A DNA stretch of 64,000 nucleotides from a bacterium (GTDB lineage: Bacteria > UBA8248): positions 2,432,001 through 2,496,000 of the forward strand of contig OZ241326.1 in the NCBI GenBank assembly GCA_965199855.1, written 5' to 3'. The translations under genes and the position numbers were made by a program. Of the stretch, positions 25,510-35,228 are shown piece after piece. Every line of letters begins with the position of its first letter. Position 1 is the first letter of the stretch. Below the pieces are notes generated by a model, which worked only from the letters and a program-made list of their open reading frames with translations, had not been told where the DNA came from and searched no databases.

Positions 25510-25945
25510 CGAACGGGAAGCATTACGAACATCTCGACGCCGCCCAGCGCGTCAAGCGCGCCTTCGCCCCGAGAACGCAAGTCCAGCCGGGCGGCAAGTA
25601 TGCAGGCTTGAAGCCCGTCCTCCTCTACTACGTATAAATCCTGGCCCGACGGGGGGCGAATCGACGAAGCCATGAAGGCGCGGCGTCGGGACGAGGCTGC
25701 GGCCTTCGCCCGGGAGGTCATGGGCGACGAGGCGGAGTTCGTCTCCCGCGCCCGGCGCGCGCTGCCGGCGGACTGGCGAAAGAGCGGAAAGCCCTTCACC
25801 TCTTATTTTATGGTCCAACCGTTGCAGTCACGCTCTTCCTTTAACTCCGACCGAGATACTTGCAAATCAATCCGCAACCCTTGCTTCAACCCTGCTTCCC
25901 GCCCAAGAGCGGCATGTAATTTGTTGCGGGCATCGATCGGCTGAG
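25510..25945. pseudogene. Possible decayed gene fragments
   Basis: Plus-strand coding-like stretches are broken by a stop and a frame change; followed by a lower-GC minus-strand fragment without a start. Confidence 0.25.
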
Positions 25946-26179
25946 CGGGCGCCCCCCGCGTTCAACGGGGGGCGTCTATGCGCCCCGTTTTTCTCCTCGC
26001 GCCTTCCGCCGGGCCCCTCCCGTCCGCGTTTGTGGAGCGGGGCGTTTTGTGCTAGGTTTTTTCACCACAGGCGAAAACCAGGGCTGGAAGGGGCGCTTTT
26101 CGCCGCCGCGGGGGGACGCGGCGCAGCCTCTCGAAGCCGGAAACCTCACGGCAGGCTGAAATCTGAGAAGGAGGAGAAG

Positions 26180-27439
26180 ATGAAAAAGGCAATCAGAGGC
26201 GTCGTTCTCGGGTTCTCGCTGCTGCTGGCGGCGGGAGTTGTCCTCGCGCCCTCGGCGCAGGCGGCGAAGGAGGTCAAGATCGGCTTCAGCATGGCGCTCA
26301 CCGGGCCGCTCGGCCCGGCGGGCAAGGCCGCGCTGCTGGCGATGCAGATCTGGCGCGACGACGTGAACGCCAGGGGCGGGCTGCTCGGCCGCAAGGTGAA
26401 GCTGGTCTATTACGACGACCAGACCAAGCCCGCCAACGTCCCCGGCATCTACGCCAAGCTGCTCGACGTGGACAAGGTGGACTTCGTCGTATCGGGCTAC
26501 GGGACGAACCTCATCGTCCCCGCCCTGCCCATCGTCATGGAGCGGGGGATGGTGTTCATGGGGCTGTTCGGCCTCGACGCGAACGCCAAGTTCAAATACG
26601 ACAGATACTTCCAGATCATGCCGGCGGGCCCCGACCCGATAGTCGATTGGTCGGAGGGCTTCTTCGAGATCGCCGCGAAGCAGAAGCCCCGGCCCAAGAC
26701 GATCGCGCTGCTCTCGGCCGATTCGGAGTTCGCGCGCAACGCCGTCTCCGGCGCGCGCAGGAACGCCAAGAAATACGGCTTCAAGGTCGTCTATGACAAG
26801 CGCTATCCCTTCCCCGGCACGACCGACTTCACGCCGATTCTGCGCGCCGTCAAGGCCGCGAACCCCGACCTGTTCTACGTGGGCTCCTACCCGGGCGGCT
26901 CGGTGGGCATCGTGAAGGCGGCCCACGAAATCGGCCTGAAGCCCAAGCTCTTCGGGGGCGGCATGGTCGGCCTGCAGTACACCGCAATCCAGATGAACCT
27001 CGGCAAGCTGCTGAACGGCATCACGAACTACTGGTTCTGGGCGCCGGAGAAGACCCTGAGGTTCCCGGGCATCGAGGCGTTCCTGGCGAAATACCAGAAA
27101 GAGGCGCCCAAGCAGAAGCTCGACCCCCTGGGCTACTACCTGCCGCCGTTCGCCTACGCCTACGTGCAGGTGCTGGGGCAGGCCATCGAGGCCACCAAGA
27201 GCTTCGACCAGAAGAAGATCGGCGACTACATCCGCGGCAAGACCCACTCCACCGTGGTCGGCGACGTGAAGTTCGGCAAGAACGGCGAGTGGGCCACCTC
27301 GCGGACGTTCCAGGTGCAGCTCCAGAACATCCAGAGCAACAAGATGGAGGAGTTCACCAAGCCCGGCAAGATGGTGGTGCTGTATCCGGAGGCGTTCAAG
27401 TCCGGCAGCCTGATCTACCCCTACGAGAAAGCCAGGTAG
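26180..27439 (+). CDS. Branched-chain amino acid-type ABC transporter substrate-binding protein
   Basis: GGAGGAG RBS, signal peptide MKKAIRG...AQA, and motifs KIGFSMALTG and NARGGLLGRKV. Confidence 0.9.
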   Translation: MKKAIRGVVLGFSLLLAAGVVLAPSAQAAKEVKIGFSMALTGPLGPAGKAALLAMQIWRDDVNARGGLLGRKVKLVYYDDQTKPANVPGIYAKLLDVDKVDFVVSGYGTNLIVPALPIVMERGMVFMGLFGLDANAKFKYDRYFQIMPAGPDPIVDWSEGFFEIAAKQKPRPKTIALLSADSEFARNAVSGARRNAKKYGFKVVYDKRYPFPGTTDFTPILRAVKAANPDLFYVGSYPGGSVGIVKAAHEIGLKPKLFGGGMVGLQYTAIQMNLGKLLNGITNYWFWAPEKTLRFPGIEAFLAKYQKEAPKQKLDPLGYYLPPFAYAYVQVLGQAIEATKSFDQKKIGDYIRGKTHSTVVGDVKFGKNGEWATSRTFQVQLQNIQSNKMEEFTKPGKMVVLYPEAFKSGSLIYPYEKAR

Positions 27440-27456
27440 CGAACCGGCGGCGCAGC

Positions 27457-27483
27457 GGCCGGGGGGAGCCTCTCCCCCCGGCC
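27457..27483 (+). terminator. Intercistronic stem-loop after the binding-protein gene
   Basis: GGCCGGGGGGAG-CCT-CTCCCCCCGGCC with no U tract; likely an mRNA-stabilising hairpin. Confidence 0.5.
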
Positions 27484-27512
27484 CGCCTTCGGCGCCGGGG
27501 AGGAGAGCGGCC

Positions 27513-28385
27513 ATGCTCAGTTTCGAGTTCTTCGCCAACGCGCTCATCGCGGGCATCCTGCTGGGCGGCTTCTACGCCGCGATAAGCGCGGGGCTCTCCC
27601 TCTCCTTCGGCCTGCTGGACGTCGTGAACATCGCGCATCCGGCGTTCATCCTCTTCGGCTCCTACCTGACCTTCTACGTCAACCAGCACTTCGGAATCGA
27701 CCCGATTCTCGCCGGCGCCGCCTTCGCCGTTCCCTTCTACTTCGTGGGCGTCGCGGTCTATCGGATCTATTACAACAGCTTCGAGAAAACGGGAGCGGAA
27801 TCCCTGCGCGGGCTTGTCTTCTTCTTCGGCATCTTCTTTCTCATCGAGGTCGTCCTCATCATCGCCTTCGGGGTGGACTACCGCCTCGTGCAGGCGTTCT
27901 ACATCGGCAAGTCCACCTCGCTCGGCCCGGTGGGCATCGCCTACCGGCTGTTCGTTCCCTTCCTCGTCGGAGGAATCCTCGCCGTCTCCCTCTATCTGTT
28001 TCTCTCCAGGACGTTCTTCGGGCGCGCGATCATGGGCGTGGCGCAGGACAGCCTCGCCGTCCAGCTCATGGGGGTGGACCCCATCCGCATCAAGACGGTC
28101 GCCTTCGGCATCGGCATCGCCACCGCCGTCGTCGCCGGCTCCCTGCTCATCATCATCGGCCCGGTCGAGCCGACCATCGGGCGCGAATACATAGGCCGCG
28201 TGTTCGCGGTGACCGTCCTCGGCGGGCTGGGCAGCATGACCGGCACCCTCGTGGGCGCGCTCATCCTGGGCGTGGCGGAGAGCTTCACCTCCTCGTTCTT
28301 CGGCCCCTCCTGGGCGCTCGCCGTCTCGTTCGGCATCCTGCTCATCTGCCTGGCGGTGCGGCCGTCGGGCCTGTTCGGGAGGTAG
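27513..28385 (+). CDS. ABC permease, LivH-like
   Basis: Motifs GLSLSFGLLDVVNIAH, GRAIMGVAQD and VLGGLGS. Confidence 0.9.
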   Translation: MLSFEFFANALIAGILLGGFYAAISAGLSLSFGLLDVVNIAHPAFILFGSYLTFYVNQHFGIDPILAGAAFAVPFYFVGVAVYRIYYNSFEKTGAESLRGLVFFFGIFFLIEVVLIIAFGVDYRLVQAFYIGKSTSLGPVGIAYRLFVPFLVGGILAVSLYLFLSRTFFGRAIMGVAQDSLAVQLMGVDPIRIKTVAFGIGIATAVVAGSLLIIIGPVEPTIGREYIGRVFAVTVLGGLGSMTGTLVGALILGVAESFTSSFFGPSWALAVSFGILLICLAVRPSGLFGR

Positions 28386-28389
28386 GCCC

Positions 28390-29352
28390 TTGAAGAGCGG
28401 AAAGGGCGCCTTCCTCCTCGTCGCGGCCGCGCTGATTCTGGGCGCCTTCCTCCTCACCATCCAGGTCGAGAACCGCTTCTACTACAAGGCGGCCTACGTC
28501 GTCCTGCAATACGTCGTCCTGGCGACCGCCTGGAACATCCTGGGCGGCTACACCGGCTACGTGAACTTCGGCACGGCCGGCTTCTTCGCCATGGGCGCCT
28601 ACGCCGCCGTCGCCCTCATCAAGGCCTGGAAGCCGCCCCTCTACGCGCTACTCGCCGCGGGCGGCCTCGTCTCGGGCCTGCTGGGCCTCGGCATCGGCTA
28701 CCTCACGCTCAGGCTCAAGGGCGTCTTCTTCTCCATCGCCACCCTCGCGCTGGCCGTCGTGCTCCAGATGATCGTCTCGAACTGGGACTACGTGGGCGGG
28801 GGCGCGGGCACGGCCGTCCTGAAGCCCAGGCGGGTGCCCCTGTTCTCGAACTACGACGAATTCCTGTTCTTCGTCATGGCGGCGCTGGCGGTGGTCTCCG
28901 TGTCGATCGCCTGGCTCATCGAGCACTCCTGGGTCGGGCGGGGCATGGCCGCCATCCGCGACAACGAGGAGGCGGCCGAGTGCATGGGGGTGCCCATCCT
29001 GAAGATCAAGCTGTTCGCCACCACGGTGAGCGGGGCGCTCATGGGCGTCGCCGGCGCGCCGTTCTCCTATTTCGTGGTCTATATCGAGCCGACCTCGGCC
29101 TTTCACCTCGACTACGCCGTGAACAGCCTCGCCATGCCCATGATCGGCGGCACCACCACCTGGGTCGGCCCGCTCGTCGGCGCGGCGCTCGTGGGCGCCG
29201 CCCAGCAGATCGCCACCGTCACCCTCTCCTCGGAGATGAACCTGCTCATCGTGGGCAGCCTGCTCGTGGGCTTCGTGGTGTTCGCCCCGGACGGCCTCGT
29301 GGGCCTGTTCGCCAGAATCCGCGCGCGCCTCGCCGGGAGGGCGGCGCCGTGA
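28390..29352 (+). CDS. ABC permease, LivM-like
   Basis: Motifs WNILGGYTGYVNFG, LRLKGVFFSIATL and AIRDNEEAA. Confidence 0.9.
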   Translation: MKSGKGAFLLVAAALILGAFLLTIQVENRFYYKAAYVVLQYVVLATAWNILGGYTGYVNFGTAGFFAMGAYAAVALIKAWKPPLYALLAAGGLVSGLLGLGIGYLTLRLKGVFFSIATLALAVVLQMIVSNWDYVGGGAGTAVLKPRRVPLFSNYDEFLFFVMAALAVVSVSIAWLIEHSWVGRGMAAIRDNEEAAECMGVPILKIKLFATTVSGALMGVAGAPFSYFVVYIEPTSAFHLDYAVNSLAMPMIGGTTTWVGPLVGAALVGAAQQIATVTLSSEMNLLIVGSLLVGFVVFAPDGLVGLFARIRARLAGRAAP

Positions 29353-30077
29353 CGGAGGAGAGGCTCCTCGACGTTCGCGGCGTGAGCAAGCGCTTCGGCG
29401 GGTTCAGCGCGCTCACGGGGGTGGACCTGCACGTGCGCGAGAACGAGCGCTTCGGCCTCATCGGCCCCAACGGCTCGGGCAAGACCACGCTCATCAACTG
29501 CATCTCGGGCGCGCTGGCGAACGACGAGGGCGTCATCTCGTTCGGCGGACGCGACATCACCAGGACGCCCGCCTACAAGCGCGCCCGCCTGGGCATCGCC
29601 CGCAGCTTCCAGATTCCCAAGCCGTTCACGAGCATGACGGTGCTCGAGAACCTCTGCATCCCGCTCGAATACGCCGCCCACCAGCGCTCGCGCGGGGCGG
29701 ACCTGGGCGGGGAGGCCATGGAGATACTCGAAGTCATGAGCCTGGCGGACAAGGCGGAGACGCGCACGGGCGGCCTCACCCAGATCGAGCTGCGCAAGCT
29801 CGAGCTCGCCCGCGCCATGGCGGCCAGACCCCGGCTCCTCATCTCGGACGAGGCGATGGCCGGTCTCTCGAACTCCGAGGTGGACGACATTCTCGAAATC
29901 CTCGTCCGCCTGAACGGGGAGGGCCTCACCGTCATCATGATCGAGCACATCATGCGGGCGGTCATGAGCTTCTCCGAGCGCATCGTCGTCCTCGACGCGG
30001 GCGAGAAGATCGCCGAAGGAGCGCCCGATGAGATCGTGAACGACAAGGGCGTGGAAAGGGCCTACCTTGGCGCATAG
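29349..30077 (+). CDS. ABC ATP-binding protein, LivG-like
   Basis: GTG overlaps the upstream stop; Walker A GPNGSGKT and IEH motif. Confidence 0.9.
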   Translation: MTEERLLDVRGVSKRFGGFSALTGVDLHVRENERFGLIGPNGSGKTTLINCISGALANDEGVISFGGRDITRTPAYKRARLGIARSFQIPKPFTSMTVLENLCIPLEYAAHQRSRGADLGGEAMEILEVMSLADKAETRTGGLTQIELRKLELARAMAARPRLLISDEAMAGLSNSEVDDILEILVRLNGEGLTVIMIEHIMRAVMSFSERIVVLDAGEKIAEGAPDEIVNDKGVERAYLGA

Positions 30078-30798
30078 GATCGTCGTGGAAAACGTCTCGG
30101 CCGGCTACGGCGCCGTCCGCGCGCTGCACGGGGTCTCCATCGAGGTGAACGACGGGGAGACCGTCGTGCTGCTCGGCACGAACGGCAACGGCAAGAGCAC
30201 CCTCATCAAGTGCATCATGGGCATGGTGCGGCCCGACGAGGGGGAGGTCTGGCTGGAGGCCGACGGCGAGCGCGTCAGCCTGACGGGCAGGCGCCCCGAG
30301 GAGATCGTGAACCTGGGCGTCGCGCTCGTGCCCGAGGGTCGGCGCCTCTTCCCGCGCCTCACGGTGGAGGAGAACCTCCTGCTCGGCGCCTACCGGGAGG
30401 AGGCCCGCCGCCTGATCGACCGCAACCTCGCCTTCGCCTTCGGGGCGTTCCCCGTGCTCGAGGAGCGCAGGCGCCAGCTCGCCGGCAGCATGAGCGGGGG
30501 CGAGCAGCAGATGCTGGCCGTGGCGCGCGCCCTCATGTCCTCCCCCCGGGTGCTGCTGGTGGACGAGCCCTCCGTCGGGCTCGCCCCCATCCTCGTGAGC
30601 CGGGTGATCGCCAAGATCCGCGAGCTCAAGGAGCTGTACCAGCTCACCGTCCTCATGGCCGAGCAGAACTTCAACCAGGCGGTCAAGATCGCCGACCGGG
30701 GCTACATCATCGTCCACGGCGAGATCGCCTTCGAGGGCGAGAACACCGAGGCCCTCGTCGGCCACGAACTCGTGAAGAAATACTATCTGGGAGCGTGA
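30067..30798 (+). CDS. ABC ATP-binding protein, LivF-like
   Basis: Motifs GTNGNGKS, MSGGEQQM and DEPSVGLAP. Confidence 0.9.
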   Translation: MAHRIVVENVSAGYGAVRALHGVSIEVNDGETVVLLGTNGNGKSTLIKCIMGMVRPDEGEVWLEADGERVSLTGRRPEEIVNLGVALVPEGRRLFPRLTVEENLLLGAYREEARRLIDRNLAFAFGAFPVLEERRRQLAGSMSGGEQQMLAVARALMSSPRVLLVDEPSVGLAPILVSRVIAKIRELKELYQLTVLMAEQNFNQAVKIADRGYIIVHGEIAFEGENTEALVGHELVKKYYLGA

Positions 30799-30810
30799 GG
30801 GAAACCGGTT

Positions 30811-31977
30811 TTGAGATATGTGCACCCTTTTCCTGCCAGAATGGCTCCCGAACTGGTGAGTGGCAAACTCGGTTCCCTGCCGCCCGGTTCAAAAGTTCTT
30901 GATCCGATGTGTGGATCGGGAACAACTTTGCGCTATGCCATTGATAATGATCATCTGGCGGTCGGTTGGGACATCGATCCTTTGTCCGTAAAAATGGCAC
31001 GGACATGGTGTAGACGGTTTAATACTCGCAGGTTGTCCGAACAGACTGCCAAGCTTGAGAATATACTTGATGCAGAAAGCGGAAACCGACCAAGTAGGTT
31101 TTCTGGTTGTCAAGAAACCCAAGATTTTGTCGATTTCTGGTTTGCTAAAAAACAACAAAATGATTTGAACAGTCTGTCCCTAGCTATTGAAGATGCGTTC
31201 CCGGCCAAAGGGAGGACGCGAGACTTTTTTCAAATCGCTATGAGTAAGCTCATCATAACAAAACTCAAAGGAGCCTCTTTGGCTTGGGATGTCTCTCATA
31301 GCCGTCCTCATAAAAAGAAACGAGCTAATGATTTTGAAACCATCCCTGAGTTTTTCAAATCGGTCGGACAGCTTACTCAAATGATGAAAAATAACCCGAG
31401 CAAACGCGATGCTCGGGTAGGGGTAAGAGATTGCAGAAAAATCACAACTCGCGAGAAATTTGATGCGATCATCACAAGCCCTCCTTACCTGAACGCCATA
31501 GACTACATGCGCGCCCACAAGTTCTCTCTTATATGGATGGGCTATACGATACCTCAACTAAGAAAAATCCGAAGTGGCTCGATTGGGAATGAACGCGGCC
31601 TCTCTGAGTTGTCGGGCAATGAAAATCATCTGGCTATCGCAAATAAGACATGCAAAGGCCGGGTTCTTGGTTCCAGGGTGAAAAGGTATTTGCTGAGATA
31701 CATTTCCGATTGCGAAAAGACAATAACCGCAATGCGTGAAGTGCTTAAACCCGAGGGCAAGCTTGTGATGGTTGTTGCAAATTCAAATCAACGGGGCACA
31801 AGGATTCTCAATAGCAAGATTATTTCCATGCTCGCCGGCCAAGCGGGTTTTCGACTTAACAATGAAGCCGAGCGCGCCATCTCCTCAAGGGCGCGATACT
31901 TGCCAATCAAGAATGCCGGAAATCAGATAGCGAACCGGATGAAAACCGAATCGGTGCTTCAGTTCGTTATCGCCTGA
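30811..31977 (+). CDS. DNA amino-methyltransferase, probably N4-cytosine (motif I before motif IV)
   Basis: HPFPARM, VLDPMCGSGTT (SAM binding) and IITSPPY (catalytic); low GC. Confidence 0.85.
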   Translation: MRYVHPFPARMAPELVSGKLGSLPPGSKVLDPMCGSGTTLRYAIDNDHLAVGWDIDPLSVKMARTWCRRFNTRRLSEQTAKLENILDAESGNRPSRFSGCQETQDFVDFWFAKKQQNDLNSLSLAIEDAFPAKGRTRDFFQIAMSKLIITKLKGASLAWDVSHSRPHKKKRANDFETIPEFFKSVGQLTQMMKNNPSKRDARVGVRDCRKITTREKFDAIITSPPYLNAIDYMRAHKFSLIWMGYTIPQLRKIRSGSIGNERGLSELSGNENHLAIANKTCKGRVLGSRVKRYLLRYISDCEKTITAMREVLKPEGKLVMVVANSNQRGTRILNSKIISMLAGQAGFRLNNEAERAISSRARYLPIKNAGNQIANRMKTESVLQFVIA

Positions 31978-32408
31978 AGCATCTCCGCAGGGAAGCCTTG
32001 CGGCTTCGTGCGTTCTAATTTGTTTCTTCCACCAACAGCATAATTATGGCGTTTTCGCCTTTTGACATGGATGCTTAGTGAACGGTCGGAGCTTTTAGTA
32101 TCCATCAGCTGTTGAACTTCCGCCATGTTCAAGGTCAGGAAGCCGTCATATCCGCAGACCAAACAAACGAAGCTTTCCGTTGTGCAATCGGAGAGCAAAG
32201 CAAGTTCGGCCATATGATCTTCAGCAAAACCAAAAGTCCATGGAGAGAGACGCTTGGCTGAATGTTTAATGTAGAGACCAACCTTCCCACCTATAACAAA
32301 TGAATTAACAACGCCGTGGGCATCTTCCGCTTTTATGTGCGTCCCGGTTGATAGTTCAGTAATCAGCGCCCGCAGAACAATGCCGTGGTATCTTTCATAA
32401 TCAGCCAT
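31959..32408 (-). CDS. Hypothetical protein, 149 aa, possibly a restriction-endonuclease-like fold
   Basis: Low GC; start overlaps the Z1 gene stop; alpha/beta pattern with LYIKHS..WTFGF..FVCLVCG.DG. Confidence 0.7.
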   Translation of the reverse strand: MADYERYHGIVLRALITELSTGTHIKAEDAHGVVNSFVIGGKVGLYIKHSAKRLSPWTFGFAEDHMAELALLSDCTTESFVCLVCGYDGFLTLNMAEVQQLMDTKSSDRSLSIHVKRRKRHNYAVGGRNKLERTKPQGFPAEMLQAITN

Positions 32409-34284
32409 TCGGCTTGTTCCACAGGAAAGTCAACCTATCGATGTCGGCGCAATCGTATTTATAGAACAACCTTCCTCTCAGATTCCGATAGTGAAATATC
32501 TTGAAGTGATGGACAGCGGACTTCTCCTTGTCCCGATTAAATTGTCCCCAGAAACCGCGCGACCGATATACGTTTTCTATATCATCACCACGAGCGGGAT
32601 CAGGCTTAAATTCGCTGACATCATCAAGGGGGTAAAAAACGATCCTGTTGCCTCCGCTCCCAAAATGATCGACGAACTCTACGAGGTGATTCGGAATTGC
32701 TCGCTCTCCAATCAGACGGTGCAAATCTCGGAGAGTGTTCGGTGATAAGAACATCTTATCCACGAGCTCTTTTAACAGTGAATCTATATCTTCGGTAATT
32801 CTAAACAAATCAAAAAACATCTCGCTACGATTTGTGTGATATACATTCGCCTTGTCGATACTCGGTCCAGATACTGCCGCAACTCTTTTGTCTGTTACCC
32901 ATATGGGCGGATTTCCTTTCCGCGCACCATCCAGGGACAGCTTGTGATAAACGAAACAGCGGCGCCAATCGTTGTAAAGATGCTCAGGTATCGACAACTC
33001 AAAATGCTCAAGATAGTCATTTCTTACGCCAAACATACGGGCTCGCTGAATATACGTATCTTGCTGGATTTTGTGCTTCACGTCCCGGGTGAAATACATT
33101 GATAACAAATTGTTTAGCGTAACCCCCCGGGAGACAATGTTTCCGCCTACCACGATTGTGAACAGTGATTTTGGGTTTGTTGCATCCTCTCCGCTCACTG
33201 AAACATCTCGCTTGGAATTAAGGATAATGATCTTATAGCGGGAGATATTCTTTAGAACAAAATCTGTAATTTTATCAGGGTCGCTATCCGGATATCGCTC
33301 CTTTGCTACCTCCCATATGTTTTCGACGTATTTTTCGGAATCTTTCGAGCCTTTATCCAATACCTCGAATATGCGACGGATAGTTTTCATATCCTTTTGA
33401 TGGTCATCCACCTTGCCGCTCGTATGGACCAGCATTGAATAATTTTTCATTTGGTGATCTGGCCGATCTAGATTCAGATACGCGGTTGCCACCAGAAAAC
33501 TGAACAGTGCTTCTCTTGGGTATTTCGGTTCGTCCCCTTCGGCAGGCAGGGGTTTTAATCGGTAGGCTATATTTTTATCGACCGGGAAGAATTGATCTTG
33601 GCCGGTGTAAGCGCCATGCGTCCCGAATTCCACCCACTTGGAAGTGTCGTTGCCAAACGTGTTGTTCAGGTCGAGACGCGCGGGGGTGGCGGTGACGCCA
33701 ATATATCTGCCATTCGAATTAAGCAATTTTTCTATTAGTTCATTTATCCTTGTTTTGGTTTGATCCGGGCGATTGATTTTCGCGTTGGGCGTAGCGTAGT
33801 CCGCTTCATCATCAATGACGACCACTTGGCCCAGACTGTCTATTTTGTCTATGAATTTTTCTAGATCTCGCGCGTTCTTCTTGCAAAAAACTACGTGGTT
33901 GATTCCTTCTATTTGATATTCAGGGTCCAGTATCTCGGAAAAATTCTTCGGCGACGGCGCCAAGCCACTGATCTGGAAGCGCCCCAAATTCTGTGAAAGA
34001 AGATCAACGCTGTCGTTAAGCAACAGGGCGATAAAAGGAAAGCCCTCATCCAGCAATTTAGCGGCCAGACATATCATCATTTCTGTTTTTCCGCTTTGCG
34101 GCTCTCCATAAATAATGAAAGGGTCCGGATTCTCTTCTCTCATGTTATCGGCGGCGGTAGTGACCGTATGCTCAATCTTGTCGGTTTCCATTCCACGTTC
34201 TTTTAAGCGGTCTAGTTGCTTTTCATACTGATCGGCCGACTTTTCCGACCGCCTGAACTTATTGATGTCAAATTCCGTGCTCAT
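32401..34284 (-). CDS. SF2 helicase-like / Z1-domain protein (putative restriction subunit)
   Basis: Motifs GEPQSGKT, IDDEADYAT, GVTATP, SMLVHTS, IVVGGNIVSRGVTL and DTYIQRARMFGVR, matching the Z1-family pattern. Start taken at MSTEF with GGGAG RBS. Confidence 0.85.
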   Translation of the reverse strand: MSTEFDINKFRRSEKSADQYEKQLDRLKERGMETDKIEHTVTTAADNMREENPDPFIIYGEPQSGKTEMMICLAAKLLDEGFPFIALLLNDSVDLLSQNLGRFQISGLAPSPKNFSEILDPEYQIEGINHVVFCKKNARDLEKFIDKIDSLGQVVVIDDEADYATPNAKINRPDQTKTRINELIEKLLNSNGRYIGVTATPARLDLNNTFGNDTSKWVEFGTHGAYTGQDQFFPVDKNIAYRLKPLPAEGDEPKYPREALFSFLVATAYLNLDRPDHQMKNYSMLVHTSGKVDDHQKDMKTIRRIFEVLDKGSKDSEKYVENIWEVAKERYPDSDPDKITDFVLKNISRYKIIILNSKRDVSVSGEDATNPKSLFTIVVGGNIVSRGVTLNNLLSMYFTRDVKHKIQQDTYIQRARMFGVRNDYLEHFELSIPEHLYNDWRRCFVYHKLSLDGARKGNPPIWVTDKRVAAVSGPSIDKANVYHTNRSEMFFDLFRITEDIDSLLKELVDKMFLSPNTLRDLHRLIGERAIPNHLVEFVDHFGSGGNRIVFYPLDDVSEFKPDPARGDDIENVYRSRGFWGQFNRDKEKSAVHHFKIFHYRNLRGRLFYKYDCADIDRLTFLWNKPNG

Positions 34285-34436
34285 ACCTTCTCCCGATCCC
34301 GATATAAATACAGTGGAACTAGACGGGTACAGGACGGATAATTTATCACGCTTGATACAAACCGTGTTAGCCACATGTAAAAACATAGCATATCAGCTAT
34401 CGTGATTCAGACTTCTCGCGCTTTTCTCCCCCCCCC

Positions 34437-34868
34437 TCAATACCCCATGTCCCTGGCGGGGGCGTCGGAGGCCACCTGGATGACGATGCCCTCGGTCTCG
34501 GCGGGGTCGAGAAAGAGGATTTCGTATCCCCGGGGGGTGTAGGTTCCCGGCCCGAAGCCTTCCAGGAACCTCACGCCGCTCTCCGCGAAATGCGCGCCCG
34601 CCGCGCCCGTGTCCGGCGTGGAGAGCGCGACGTGCGAGAGGCAGGGGCCGCCGTTTCGCTCGAGCATCTTCGTATAATGGTTCTCGGGGTCGTAGGGCTG
34701 CATGATCTCGATTTCCACGTCGCCCATCCGCAGAAAGGTGGCATGCGCCCAGCCGGTGTCGGCCGTCTGCACCCGGTTCGGCTCGCAGCCCAGCTTTTCC
34801 CGAAACATCTTCACGGTGCGCTCCATGTCGTCCGTGATCAGCCCCACGTGGTGAATCTTTTTGAACAT
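34437..34868 (-). CDS. VOC family protein (methylmalonyl-CoA epimerase-like)
   Basis: Motifs MFKKIHHVGL, EIEIMQP, LSHVAL and FLDPAETEGIVIQV; GGGAG RBS. Confidence 0.85.
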   Translation of the reverse strand: MFKKIHHVGLITDDMERTVKMFREKLGCEPNRVQTADTGWAHATFLRMGDVEIEIMQPYDPENHYTKMLERNGGPCLSHVALSTPDTGAAGAHFAESGVRFLEGFGPGTYTPRGYEILFLDPAETEGIVIQVASDAPARDMGY

Positions 34869-35228
34869 GGCGAGACTCCCCTGAAAGAAGGCGGCGGGAT
34901 TCGTCCGCCGCGTGACGCCGGCATACAAGACACGCGCCGCCCCGAATGTCAAAAAGAGCGCGCCCGGCGCCTCTCCTCCCGCGCGCGGGGGCGGGGAGCC
35001 GCGGCGTCCGTCCGCGTTTTCTTGACATCGGCGCGGCGATGCCCTATGCTTCTCCCCATCGTGAAGAGAATCGCGCGAGGGCGGACGGCGGGAAACTCCC
35101 TTTCCCCGGAACGCCATCCCGACGCATGACGCACATGGCGCGGCTTCGCCCTGTCATCATTCATCCTGAAGCGCGGAGTCGCCCCGACGCGGCCCCGCGC
35201 CGCTCAGCCACCACGAGGAGGAGCATCC

